Below, one piece after another: positions 1 to 12,201 of a DNA stretch of 20,000 nt. The notes under the pieces were generated by a model that did not search any database, was not told the DNA's origin, and saw only the letters and a list, made by a program, of their open reading frames with translations. How positions within the stretch are numbered: the stretch's first letter is position 1; each line of letters starts with the position of its first letter. The DNA is from Neodothiora populina (Eukaryota), in contig NW_027191409.1 in NCBI RefSeq assembly GCF_041146345.1, positions 1,859,597 through 1,879,596 on the forward strand, written 5' to 3'. The position numbers and the translations under genes are program-made.

Positions 1-48
1 AATCATGTCGTAGTAGTATTCGGCCGTAAACGAAAGTCCCCAGCGCCA

Positions 49-1251
49 TCATGACCTCCCAACAGTCGGTCTCTGCTGCTGCTGCTACTGCAACGTCTTG
101 ATCTCCGACTTGAGATCTCCAAACATGACATCAATCTGCGCCAACAAGCTCCCACGGCCATCATTGGTAATGGAATGATCATTCATCTTACGCCTCATCG
201 CTTCCACCGCCCTCTCGATCTCCTGCGCGATGGCCACGCGAAGCATGCTCAGTGCTGTGGTCCGATTCCGCCCAGTGACATCAAAGTTAGCAACGCGAAC
301 ACAGGCAGCGGCGGCGGCGGAGTTGGAGTCCGGTGTCAGAGAGCGCAGCTGGCCAAGCACGCATTGTACGGTCAGGAAGGCAAGGAGGAAGAGGTTCTCG
401 ACCTGTTGTTCTTCACCCAGAGTGGAGCAGCAGTAGTGGCAGGTCTCGAGTGCTGTCCGTTGTTCGAGGGCTCGGGTCGCATTAGAAAAGATAGTATCGA
501 TGGGTTAGGGTTGTCGCTCGGACACTTCTGGCGTAGGTAATTCTAGCCGGGCGGATGAGGTGCTTCGACTGAGACTGACCAGCAGAGTTCGTAGACGCTG
601 CGCACATCCGCAGGTCAGGAGTCGAGTTTATTGCATGGTGTTCTTGTCGTTGCTATCGAGGCCGCCATTGTCATCTAGACCACCTTCCTGGTGGTCACTT
701 CCAGGAGGTGAGGAGCTTGTTGCCAATCGATGGGCCAAGAGTCCACGTGCTGATTATCAGAGTTGGATGGATGTACAGTGCCAGCAATCAAGTCGACACT
801 TGGTCCCGATAAACAAGTCAGCAAGTCCTCGTCCAAGAAACAGTTCCAGGCTGAGTCACCCGACGACAAATCATCCGTGGGCTCTGGTGGCAACGACACA
901 GACGTAATCTGTTGAATGTCGGGCGCCACAATTTCATGCTGCATCAGAGTCGTCCCCGAGTGGGTGGATGGGTTTTGCTGATTTCCTGGACCCGCGAGGT
1001 CGTCCAAGACGATTTGTCGGTCTGTAGAAACATGAATCGCCGGCGTCGGAGAGGGTACATTTCTCGCATGGCATCTCCCCGGAACGTTTTCTCTTGAGCT
1101 GGTGGCATAGGTCGCAAGCGTTGCGGAGGCCGATTTGTTCCTCGTAGCGTGATGTGGGTGGGGTATTTTTCCGACGCCGCTGCAGGTCAACCAAGGACTT
1201 CCTGGTGTTGGCAGTAGATGTTGTTTGACGATTTCTCAAGTGCGACGCCAT
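49..1251 (-). pseudogene. Zn2Cys6 (GAL4-type) cluster-specific transcription factor, AflR-like, disrupted
   Basis: ATG at 1251. The binuclear cluster reads ACDLCHQLKRKRSGEMPCEKCTLSDAGDSCFY followed by RLGRPRGS, with the third Cys replaced by Arg (CGT, 1084-1086). A frameshift at ~985-960 enters the 675..1190 frame (acidic/Pro linker), and another at ~690 returns. The C-terminal part (TCGCAQRL...PIDTIFSNATRALEQ...CHYCC...LFLLAFLTVQCVL...VRVANFDVTG) resembles AflR-type C-terminal regions. In-frame TAA codons lie at 628-630 and 505-507. A TAG at 85-87 sits inside a CAG run, and the next stop is at 49-51. Confidence 0.85.
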
Positions 1252-2875
1252 TCTGTTACATACGACGAGACAGTTGGGGCCAGTTGATGGCCCTCTTCGT
1301 TAACGCGAATGCAGACTCAACGGGCACGACTTTCGCATATAAATAGACGGCTATCAATGCTTGTGGCCCAACTATTTGCGTACTTCATCATTTTGGTCGA
1401 AGGAAGCGAGTGTCTTTCGACAAGCGTCACAAAGGGGAATTGAAGGATGGGTGGATTGACTGATTGATGGAGGGGTGGATTGATTGATTGACTGATGGAC
1501 GGATAGATGGATGAAATTATTGAATGGACTCAGTGGGTCTACCAACACAAGTGGCTTGCCTTGGGAAAGGAAGATCTACAGTATCTGGCAACTCCGTCCG
1601 AGAAATCGCGCAAAGCTGGGTGAGAAGGTTGTATGCCTGATGGGAGCTGTGATTCGAGCCGTGGCCAGTTGATGCAGGTGTCGTATGACCCTCAATCTAT
1701 CATGTACTCGCTTCTCGCATGATCTCGAGCAGTCTACACAAACTTCGTGTATTCGGAATTCAAGGTACTTCGTGACATCAAGGTGCTAGCATACGTTACC
1801 CAAGTACAAATGCATGAAGTCTGATAAGCATAACAAGAGCGAGACAAGGCAACAGACTGCACGATAGCAGCGATGCCTTGATATAACACGTGATAGCAAG
1901 AGTGTCTAATAGTGAAGATGGACTTTGATGGGCTACTGTAGGTCACGCAACACGTGACTTGACTATAACCGTCGAAATGACTCAGGTAGGTGCCATTTGC
2001 CCCAGACGTCGCTGTCAGAAAAGCTCGGTTGACATGATTAGTGGCTAGCTAGCAAAGCCAAGTGCTCGGCTCACGGTCCGGGTGAATCGGAAGACTCGCA
2101 ATACTGGGGGATGGAATCAATAAGGTTCGCGGCTGCGGCGCGGCTCACCCCCAAGTTCAATTCATGATATAGCACTACACGGTTGGCGTCCTCGATCGTT
2201 GCAGCTACCTTACTGTGTATGTGACAATAACAGGCGACGGATCTCCCGACGCTGCCACACCTCCCATCGAGTATAGATGAAGTAACGCTCTCTCGCTGCG
2301 GATCACTCTGTCATGCACTGCCTGTTCATTACAAGAGTGAGGACAGAGCACAGACTCCAAAACAGCGAGGTACTGTTACCTGAGCCTTAGTGGTCCCAAT
2401 TCGTAAGGTAAGATGGATGATACAAGCAATCATTCTCGCAACAAAAGTCGGTTGGCATCTCATGATCTGAGTCCCCTCGGAGATGCAACACAGCGAGTCG
2501 CTTGGTGCCACACTTTAGGCAGATCTTGGGGGGTCAAATCCGGAGGCATTTATGTGTAAAAAATTGCGAAATCCTCGATTCTATCATTGGCCATTTAAGT
2601 GAAGTAGTTGGATGTCGTGCCTCATATACCGACTTGACAGGTTGATGTAGCACAGGAGGGGACCGTAACTACCTTAAGGTATGCAAAGATGCCTTGGCCC
2701 CGGAAATGACATGTTTCAATCGGTTCCTTCCCTGTTTAGATACACTGCCTGCCTGTTCCTTCCTTCCTTGCTACAGCCTGCCTTATCTTTACGCGTAAGC
2801 CTCTGCGCTCTTGACACCCATAGATGAACTCTTCACTCCTGAACTTTTTCCCACCAATATTCTTCGATACTGGCC
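1252..2875. promoter_or_regulatory. Divergent intergenic/promoter region shared by the Zn2Cys6 TF and the PSST gene
   Basis: The two genes are head-to-head. An AT-rich TATA-like CATATAAATA lies at ~1337-1346, about 85 bp upstream of the TF ATG. A CT-rich tract at ~2745-2790 precedes the PSST ATG. I found no convincing ORF here. Confidence 0.5.
1445..1513 (+). repeat. Degenerate GATG/GATT tetranucleotide low-complexity tract
   Basis: ggatgggtggattgactgattgatggaggggtggattgattgattgactgatggacggatagatggatg, containing two copies of GGGTGGATTGA(C/T)TGATTGA. Confidence 0.7.
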
Positions 2876-3685
2876 ATGGCGACCGCACTATTCTCCCGGC
2901 GTAAGCATGCTTGTTGTTCTTTCAAAGAATCCATACCAGCTGACTGAAAATCTCAAGTCGGCGCTCGTCGTTTGCTGCCGTCTCTGGCCAGCAGGCCTCC
3001 TGCTTCATTGTCACAGTCTCTTTCCATCACACACGTGACCGACGCAAGACGTTATCAAAGTCAGCACGCGAAACCTGCGACTTTCACCCCGGCCTCTAAG
3101 AGTTCGAAGAGTCTCCTTCCCACGAGGACACCTCTACCCTCGCAGTCGCAGCCGGGCAGCGCAGCCGAATATGTTCTGTAAGACAATTAGAGACCTAATG
3201 TAAAGTCGACTTCAGGGGCTGACACGTGCTTAAGAACGACTTTAGATCAAGTCGTCAATTGGGCACGGCAAGGTTCAGCGTGGCCTCTCACTTTTGCTCT
3301 GGCTTGTTGTGGTATCGAGATGATGCATTGCTCCATGCCGCGATACGATCAAGACCGTCTGGGCATCATCTTTCGAGCCTCTCCGCGTCAGGCCGACATC
3401 ATCATCATTGCAGGCACCGTCACTAACAAAATGGCTCCTGCTGTCCGTCTGTGTTATGACCAGATGCCAGACCCCAAGTGGGTCATCAGTATGGGCAGCT
3501 GTGCCAACGGCGGTGGCTACTACCACTACAGTCACAGTGTTCTTCGTGCCGTCGACCGCATCCTGCCCGTCGACATTTACGTTCCCGGCTGCCCACCGAC
3601 CGCGGAGGCGCTGCTTTATGGCATCTTCCAAGTGCAGAAGAAGATGAGGCACGAAAAGGTCACTAGGATGTGGTATCGGAAGTGA
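2876..3685 (+). CDS. NDUFS7: Mitochondrial NADH:ubiquinone oxidoreductase (complex I) PSST / 20-kDa Fe-S subunit (NDUFS7/NuoB/NUKM family), divergent copy, intact, 231 aa
   Basis: Three exons: 2876-2900, 2958-3177 and 3235-3685. Introns are GTAAGC..GCTGAC..AAG and GTAAGA..GCTGAC..AAG. The spliced 696 nt is open. The N-terminus is Arg/Ser/Leu-rich, like a presequence ([21 protein letters not shown]). The core reads [31 protein letters not shown]...RASPRQAD...GTVTNKMAP...[12 protein letters not shown]...[12 protein letters not shown]...RMWYRK. All four N2-cluster cysteines (tandem CC, GSC, PGCPP) are present. Confidence 0.97.
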
Positions 3686-4056
3686 AGAAGAGCATCAGGT
3701 TCTAGAGATGAACTTTGGGTTTTCGACCGCCTCCTGGCACGGCGCCCATACCTTTGGGTAGTCTGAATCCGAGTCTCGGGTCTTGCTTGCTGTCTCTCAA
3801 GTGTAGTATCAAATCAAATACCACATTGTTTATCCTAACTCCAGGCCTTGGTTGCTGATTGAATACATGCGCGCATCACTCACACCGAAGGCTGACCCCA
3901 TATACCTCTCGCCTCTACTCGGCACTGCAGATTTGAATGCTCATCGTGTGACTTGGTCACGATCAAGGAATCTCGTCCAACATATACAGATAGATAATCT
4001 AGACGCTATAGACGACTCTTTTCGATGGGACACGCTCGAATCACTTCGTATTCCGA

Positions 4057-7000
4057 TCATGAAGATCTAGCAACTCCCTGCGCCAGCAATTTCGACCTAG
4101 TGGCGACACGCTCAGAAAAGACAGTCATAGGCACACCAGCCATGACATCGAAGACAGCAATGCGCGTCTGGCATTCTCGCAATGACTAGTTGGCCAGCTC
4201 GATGGCCGCCAAGGAATCGACTCCATAGCTATACAGGAAGCGATCAGTGTCGATCTCCTCTGACGATACTGCCAGCATCTTGGACATGCGCATTACGAGG
4301 GCTGATAGAATTGCGGAGGCCGCCTCGGACAGCTTCTGTGCCTTGGCTATGATGACGGACAGCGCTTCCCTCCCAGCACCATCCCTGCTCACGTTCGCTC
4401 CACTTTCGATCTTGTCAGCGCCCACGCGAGCCAAGATTCCGAAGCGGGCGTCCGTCTAGAAGTAATACGGGGGTTCTATGCCTGCCGCGATGGAGCCGGT
4501 CTTTTTCCCCAAACCTGTAGGTAGCTGGAACCTTGTTTGATCGGGCGTCATACAAAGTCTCATCAAACCGAGGAACTCGTGCTCACGGACGCCCCTTACC
4601 TTCTCCCATTCGGCCATGTCGCCCACAGCACCATCCTCAGCCAGACGCCCGACCTCCCGCATGAGACCAAGGTCGATGCTTACTGCATGCTTGCCGCGCG
4701 TGCGACGAGAATGAGCTAATGCGTCTTGGTATCCGCAGCCTGCGACGTAATTGGCCTGACCGCGATTGCCAAAAACACCGCAGAAAGAAGGGAGCATGAC
4801 GAGAAAGTCAGTAGTGTCGAGAAGGAGGTTATCCAAGTTCTTACTGCCCTGAACATTAGGACGTGTCGACTGGATCCAGTCAGTGTACGTCATGTTCTCG
4901 AATAAAACATCACGAAGAACCATGGCGCATTGGAAACAGCCACGGATGGGTCCGTTGAGTTTATGCTCCGCTCGAGCAATGGCATTCTTGAGAGAAGATG
5001 GCAGCGACACATCGGAAGGTATGGCCAGCGCTGCGACGCTCTTCTGACGCAGCTCGACGATGAGTTGCTGGGATTCCATTGACGAATCGCCGGAGCGATT
5101 AAGGAAACACAGCTTGCGTGTCCCGTCGGCAATGAGCATCTTGGCCAGGCAGCGTCCGAGCCCCCCAAACCTCCGACTAGGACGTAGACGCCTGTTTCGT
5201 CAAGCTTCATCGGTGGCGCAGGTCGACGCAGGATCGGCACGACATGCTCTGGTCTCCACTGGAACACGATCTTGCCGCTATGTCTGCTCGATTGCATGAG
5301 CCGCACAGCCTTTTCCATCTCCGGGATGGGATACGTGAGCAATGGAGTCGCTGGCTTGATGATACCTTGCGTGAGAAAAGGCTCGGTGCCTCGGACAATT
5401 TCCGCCATCAGACCCGATTTATCGTCCCAGATGGCTTTGAGATCGAAGAAAGAGAATGTAGCTCCCTGGCGAAACGGACGCATGTCAGACGGGTGTTGTC
5501 CATGATATCTCTCAGACCAAGTTCCACGAAATGACCACCTGCAGCGATGCATTCCCAGCCGCGTCGTATCGACTCCCCGGCGAGGGAATTGAGAATGATA
5601 TCCACGCCTCTTCCTTCCGTCATGCGCTTCACTCCCGGAGCGAAGTCCAGGTCCCGAGTGCTGAAGATATGGTCCTCAGCCACACCATAGATAACTTGTA
5701 CAAGCTTCCGCTTTACCGCGCTACCTACGGTAGTGAAGACCTCCAGTCCCAGATGTCTCGCGATCTGCAGAGCCACTTGTCCGACTCCGCCGGCACCGGC
5801 ATGAATCAGGAAACTTTGGCCTTTTTGAGCCCTAGCCATGTAGACGATACCGTACCAGGCTGTGTAGCTCGTCACTGGTATGCTGGCTCCTTCCTCAAAG
5901 GACATGGTGCATGGCAGCTCGAAGGCATAATTAGCGTTGCCTATGAATAGGATGCTGTGAGCGCCGTTCCCGAGCAGAGCTAGACGCTCTCCCCTTTGAA
6001 TGTGCTTAACGGCACTGCTGATGCGGGTCACGGTTCCTGCCGCTTTTAGACCCAGGGTTTTCGATGGTAGCAAGCCCATAATGGTCATAACTTCGCGAAA
6101 GTCGAGACCTGGAGCTGCAACTGCAATGTCGATCTCATCTGCACCTAGAGGTGCAGCTGCATGGGTCGTAGGTTCGAAGCGAAGTGAGTCGATAAAACCT
6201 GGCTTTCCAACAGCCAGTTCGATAGCCGTTGAAGCGGCGCTGATGGGCAGAAATTCAACGATCGTGGCTTCGTTCGGGTTGGTATTGAGTCGCAACGCTC
6301 CATTGAGGACATTGTCCTCAAGAGCACGACAAATATAGGGAACACCATTGCGAATTTGGAATTCATGATCTGGATGAGGAGTATCGGTCATACCTTCGGT
6401 ATGCTTGCCGCAGAAGATGTCGACGAAAATGGCTGCTGATCGCTCAGGCTGGCTGTCTTTGCTGGATTTATCAATTAGGATGGATAATGGTTGGAGAGCG
6501 AGAAGCTCGTTGTGCAGAGTGCGCAAAGCTCCGATCATCATAGTCGCCGTGGGAGTGCCACCAATCGCCATATCATCTGCTCCTGTCAGCCACGTCAAGT
6601 GAGAGGCTTGGAGCACAATCTGCTTGATTCGGAAAAAGTCTTCTTCGCTGAGCTCATCGAGGAGGGTGTTGTCAAACTCGATAAGAGATATGCAGTGCCT
6701 GTCTTGGATGGCATTGGCTGAGATTTGGCCCCATCCGAGCACATTTGCTGTACAACCTTGTGCATCCAGAGCTTGTACCAGAAAGAACAAAAATTGCTTC
6801 AATCTTAGGCCCTTGCTCTGTGGGCTCAGGACGACGACCTCAGAGGTACTGGAGCGTCTGTTGGTCTGAAATCTGTTCGCTCTCTGAACGTCGAAGATCT
6901 TGACAGCATATTGCCCGTCTTCGCATCGCAGTCTCTCAGTGAGGCGCGAGTTCGCCGAGCAAATTGAGTCAAGCTTGTTGGCAGTCTGTACGGGATCGAT

Positions 7001-10000
7001 GGGACAAACAAACCGAAGTGATTCTCCGTCCAGCGACTCAATCAGTCTGTCGAGCTCGCCCTTAGAATCCTCATCATGGGAAAGGTGAGCCGCCAACAGG
7101 AGGTTGGTTTCGGACTCCTTTACTATCAACAACTGCTCGATGTTGACAATCTCAAAATTCAGCTTCTGCTCACTGAGCTTGTCCAGTGTTTTCAGGACGA
7201 CTTCCTTATCGTTGTCGGAGCAGGCACATTGGTACATTGGTACTTGGTGGTTGCGAACACGCGAGGAGTAAGGTCCAGCTCAGGCAGCATGATACGGTCC
7301 GAGTTTGCCACTTCGCTGATCGTCATGCCTGGATACTCATGGTGCAACAGATCGATGAAATTGAACAATTTAGCCAGCGCAGATCCCGCAGTCTGATTCG
7401 TCTTGCCGGACTCTGCTTCAATTGCGGCCATCGTCTCTCGCGCGTCCAGCAGGCTCACGGCAGGCTTCCATTCAAGTTTCCCGCACACGCTCTTCGGACC
7501 CGCAGCTGAGGCACTATCTTCCACCTCACCAGCTACGCTCGTGTAGCACAGACCCGTGGACCTAATGACGGGGCTGCTTGTGCTTGGAGTCTGCATTACG
7601 ATGTCGGCTTTGAAGTTTTTACCACCATACTCCTGGGCATCGCAGAAGCCCGTGATTTGTTGACCGGCCCACCACGGCACGTCCATGCTGATGATTACGT
7701 CGTCAACGAACTTTGGGGTCCATGCTTTCTTTACGTCCATTGCTGCAAATGCCATGTCTATAACAGCATCGAGGAGGGCAGGATGTACGACGTGTGGTCT
7801 ACCATCGTCCACGGTGCATGAGGGATCATTGAGGCCTACGTCATGGATGTTGACTGAACAGCTACTCTGGCCACCTCCTGGTTGATCTCGTCTTGCGACA
7901 GCACTAATATTCGTATAGGATGGTCCGTAAGTGAGTCTAAGAGATGCGAGGTGGATGTGGAACTCGGTAGCATTGAGCTTGATAGCGCAGAGTCCTCGAG
8001 CTTCGCTGGCGCAGTGCTGCACTGCTACCTTATCGGCTGCAGTCTCTGCGCTTCTATGCTCGCTATCGTAGACGACGACGATAAGACCAAGACAGTTGCG
8101 CTCGAATCTCTGGCCGTCTGGTGAGCTGGAAACGACGAATTCAGTCCAAGTGCTGGTCGTCGCCAAGGTGCCTGTCTGGTGTGGCCTCAACACGATTGAG
8201 AACTCCACGTCCTCGTCATCCTCAATAATCATGGGCGAGACGAATTGAACATGGCGGAGGTGAAAGCCACTTACTTCTCGATCCCCACTATAGATCTGCA
8301 TGACCGCCTCAATGGCCATGGTAATGAATCCGGCAGCGTGGTATATAGTATTCCCTTGGATCTTATGGTCGCCCAACCAAGGCTCATCTCTCATACGCAT
8401 GTGTCCACACCAAGCGTGCTCGCTGGCCATAGGTGACGGAATAGGCGATCCCAACGGACTTAGGTGCGGGAATTGGCGCAGGCGTTGTTCCCTAGCCCAC
8501 CCGGTCTCGGCCCAATACCTTTGGCTGGTTCCATGGGTAGGACGGGAGACCAATCAGAACCCTAGGCTTACGAGATAACAATCGAACTTCCATGGCAATT
8601 GCGTTCACCTGCTCCGCCAAACAGGAGCAGACTGTGCACGCAGGTCTCCCGCCAAGTTAAGAGCAGTCTTGACGCCATCCTCGAAACGCAGGAGAGCGGA
8701 CTGATAGGGTACATCAGTAACACCAATTTCTTTCAAGCTCTGTATCGACGGGCCTTGGAGAGCTGAGTGCGGGCCCACTTCGACCAGGATATCAACTTCG
8801 TTTGAGTGTTCTCGCTCAGCTGCGTTGTCGCGGCTTGGTGGTCGAACGACATTTTGCACTGCGCCAGCGAATCTGACAGGCGAAACAAGATTGCGAACCC
8901 AATGCTCCGGGCCCAAATCGCTTGGCTGGACCTCTGTCCCTGTACAACTCGAATATATGACGCATCCGCTGCAGCTTGGCTGAGTCTGCACATCACTAAT
9001 AGCCTCTAGGTAGTCGGAAGCGACCTCCTTCATGTGGTGCGAATGGTAAGCTGTGTCAACCTGCAATTTCCTCGCGAAGATGCCTTCTTAGCTGATCGCT
9101 TGAGCGAGCTTGTCGATTCCAGTGATATCACCTGATAGAGTCACGCTTGAAGGCGAATTGATGCAAGGATTGTGACTTGCCCTGGAGCTATGAGTTTGAC
9201 GAAATCGTACGCCTTCTCCGGAGATGTTCCTATCACCATCATCGTGCCATGAGTGTTTGATGATAACTCTCTGAGACTGGTCGACAAGATGCCACGATAG
9301 AAAGCTATCTTCCAGGCATCCTTCTTCGTCAAGGCTCCGAGGCAATATGCGGCGGCGATCTCACCACTTGAATGACCCGTCACCGCGGCGGGCTCAATAC
9401 CCACTGTTTGAGGAGATCTACCAAGGCAACTTGCAAGACTGTACAGAGCGTCTGGCCGAACTCGGCGATTCCCAGCTTCGATTGGCCCTTAGGCTTCCGC
9501 AACTCCTCTTCAGCGGACCATTCGCAGCCCAATCCCGACACTAGGTATTCGTCGGCGGCACGTATGCTCGCAGCAAAGGTCGGATATACCATGAGCTCTA
9601 TACCCATACCTCCCCATTGAGCACCCTGACCAGTGAATACAAAGCCAACCCTTGGAGTGCGGGCCGCCGAGAGACATTGTGGCGAGGGTGTATCCTTGTT
9701 CTGCAGAGCCTGCACAAGGCTTGTCATGGATGATGCTATCACGAAGGTCCTCCATTGGTGCAATGACCGTCGTGCGTTCAAAGTGTATGCCAGGTCGACG
9801 ATGTACTCTGTTCCATCGAAGTGCTCACTGCTGATGGTCTTTTTCTGGATCCATTCGGCCAAGCTCTGCTTGACTCGGTCTATGCCATGTTCAACCTGAG
9901 CGGAGAGAGAGAACACCAGGGGCAACGTAGATCTACCATCAACAGCGACGATATCTGTCCCATCGCTTGAGCAGCCGTTTGTATGTGTGGCATTCTGCAA

Positions 10001-11575
10001 GCTCTGTTGCTGCCCATGGCGTGTACTATGGACTCCGTTCAGCTTGCGGGCCTCCAAATATGAAAGCGCATCATCCATCAGGACGTGGGCATTGGTCCCC
10101 GCAAAGCCGAAACCATTAACACTGATACGGCGGAAGCCTTTCTGTTCTGGGAATGGTACCAGTGTAGTGGGTATAGACAACTTCCACTCGTCTAGCGGGA
10201 TCTCTGGTGGAACATTCCTGGCCGTATTCGTACCGGGTATCAGACCGTGCTCTAGGACGAGAACAGCTTCGACCATTGCCGCAAGACCTGCACAAGCCTC
10301 AAGATGTCCGATCTAGAAAGACCCAAGTCAGCATGCTATTCTTTTATGTCGTCTGATGCTTTCGAGACAGAAGTTGGGCGCACATTTGACTTGACCGAAC
10401 CGATCAAGAGCTTTTCGGTCCCGAATTTGCTGGTTGCGATTGTGGTTGAAAGGGCTTTGGTTTCCTCTTGGTCACCTGCTTTAGTTCCGGTGCTTTGAAT
10501 GCAGAAGTCAACGTCAGCTTTGTACCACTGGGACGACGGAGACGGTGCCCACGTGAGCCTCGACATATCCGGTATGCTCAAAGCCTAAGCCGGCCTGATG
10601 ATAAGCATCGCGCACCAAGTCAGCTTGCGCTTTCCAATCTGGCAGAGTCAAACCTTTGGTATGTCCGTCTTGATTACTGGAAGTTCCTCTTATGACCGCT
10701 CTGATGGGGTCTCCGTCCCGGACTGCATCTTCTACTCGTTTGATGACTAATGCTCCAATGCCTTCTCCTCTTCCATACCCATCACCGGATACGTCAAAAG
10801 TTTTGCTTCTCCCGTCCGGTGATAGCAATGATGCATTACTCAGAACTTTGAACATGTCAGGCGAAAGCATTAGGTTGTACCGCCGACGATAGCCATGTCG
10901 CTTTCTCTTGCCCGAATGCTCTGACAGGCGGTGTGCAATGCTACAAGACTACTTGAGCAAGCTGTGTCGAGAGTCAAACAAGGTCCATGGAGGTCCCACA
11001 GCCAAGAAAGTCTACCTGCCATGGTGGCGGCGTGGTTGCCTGCCAATGTGTATGTTGGCATGTTATCAGCATCTTTACGCAGGATGTTGTAGTAGTCGTC
11101 GGTCAGAACACCGATGAAAACGCCCGTCCGCGAGCCTGCGACATGTTTCAAATGACGTCCTGTTTTAGGAAGAAAGCAGACTTAGCCTTGCTAGTGTTAC
11201 TGCGTTTATGTTCAGCAGGGCTCCAGAACGCGTCGGCGTTGAATCGATCTTTTGAAATTTCGCTCCATGCGCCTGAAACTCGTCGTTATTACCATATCTA
11301 CCATCTATATTGAAGCTAGCTGGCTGGACTCGTGGAGATACAACACGGATGGAATTGAAGGAGGGGATGACATACACTCGCCACTGGCTATTGAGTGCCA
11401 GAACTTGTCAATGTTACCGCCATTGCCAGGAAATCGACAGGACATGCCAATGATGGCAATATCACCCGTGTAGAAGTTGTCTTTCCCATTGGAACCATCG
11501 TTATGCCTACCAGTAAACGTTGAGTCTGCCGAAAGTCCGCTCTTGTCCGTTTTTGCTGGATGAGCTTCCGAGATG
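4057..11575 (-). pseudogene. Highly reducing iterative type I PKS (KS-AT-DH-pseudoMT-ER-KR-ACP), disrupted
   Basis: KS: DIAIIGMSCRFPG (~11460), intron 11375-11273, [123 protein letters not shown]. The terminal stop is at 4057-4059. Frame breaks occur at ~11152, ~10873, ~9395, ~9170, ~8610-8530, ~7220, ~5490 and ~5160. In-frame stops occur at 9088, 4456 and 4186. I could not identify the start codon, so the 5' boundary is approximate. Confidence 0.95.
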
Positions 11576-12201
11576 CTCGAATGTCGTTCAAAGATACGTG
11601 GGAGGAACTGAAAGCCTTGCTTGTACCAAGAGATAGTGATGCAAGATAGAATTCCGTAACTTGGTACTATACTTTGGTCCCACGAGCTCGCAGTCTTCCC
11701 GACTGTGCACTGCGCTCTTCGGGAACGAACAACGTTGACCTCGGGATATTGATCGCGGAACATTCTCAGATAAGTGGATCGCTACATCTGTTCCGACGAC
11801 CTGAGTAACCTGTCCCTTGTACACAAATAGGCCGACTCATTGACCTCACGCTTATGTACGTTGATCAGTCTCAAACAGGGAGAGGGTGTGACTCACGTCG
11901 AACGGGAAGAATTTGCAAAAGTGCCGCTGTATGGCTCTACACTTCGGAGGCAGACTTGCTAGCGGCAATTATCGCGCCCTTTTCTTATGGGTGATTACAG
12001 CCCTACCGTAGTATCATCATCCTTTCTCGTGTGTTTGCGTGTTGAGCGAGACCCATGCCAATCGCTGCTGCGGAAAACGATAGCGGCGGAGTAGTCTCAG
12101 CGCTATACTCATCTCGTACTTCTCAAGAGCAGCCACTTTGACTTCTCGAACCAACCGTCTCCGGCAAAGAACCAAGTCGCGTCGCAGCTTCACAATCTAA
12201 C
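11576..12201. promoter_or_regulatory. Short (~0.6 kb) divergent promoter region between the HR-PKS and the NR-PKS
   Basis: The two PKS genes are head-to-head, a layout typical of co-regulated collaborating PKS pairs. The region contains several CGG/CCG triplets but no site I can define. Confidence 0.5.

Noticed and set aside
502..512. GGGTTAGGGTT telomere-like motif inside the TF pseudogene
   Set aside because: It is under two units long and is explained by codons CAA CCC TAA CCC on the minus strand, so it is likely chance.
2066..2076. TCG-N5-CGG possible AflR-type binding site
   Set aside because: It is a single imperfect match, and I saw no matching site in the PKS divergent promoter. This is expected by chance.
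3275..3652. 125-aa antisense ORF over the PSST gene
   Set aside because: It is a shadow ORF of the conserved sense gene with no motifs of its own.
2876..3685. PSST as a bacterial nuoB transfer or a mitochondrial insertion
   Set aside because: It has spliceosomal introns, a presequence-like N-terminus and the fungal-type RMWYRK C-terminus.
5531..10316. Numerous plus-strand ORFs of 60-140 aa
   Set aside because: They are antisense to the HR-PKS and have no recognisable domains.
4057..11575. HR-PKS frame breaks as introns, programmed frameshifts or a split multi-gene PKS
   Set aside because: Conserved motifs continue directly across most breaks with no intron-sized gap. In-frame stops and a KS deletion also occur, so pseudogenisation is the simpler reading.
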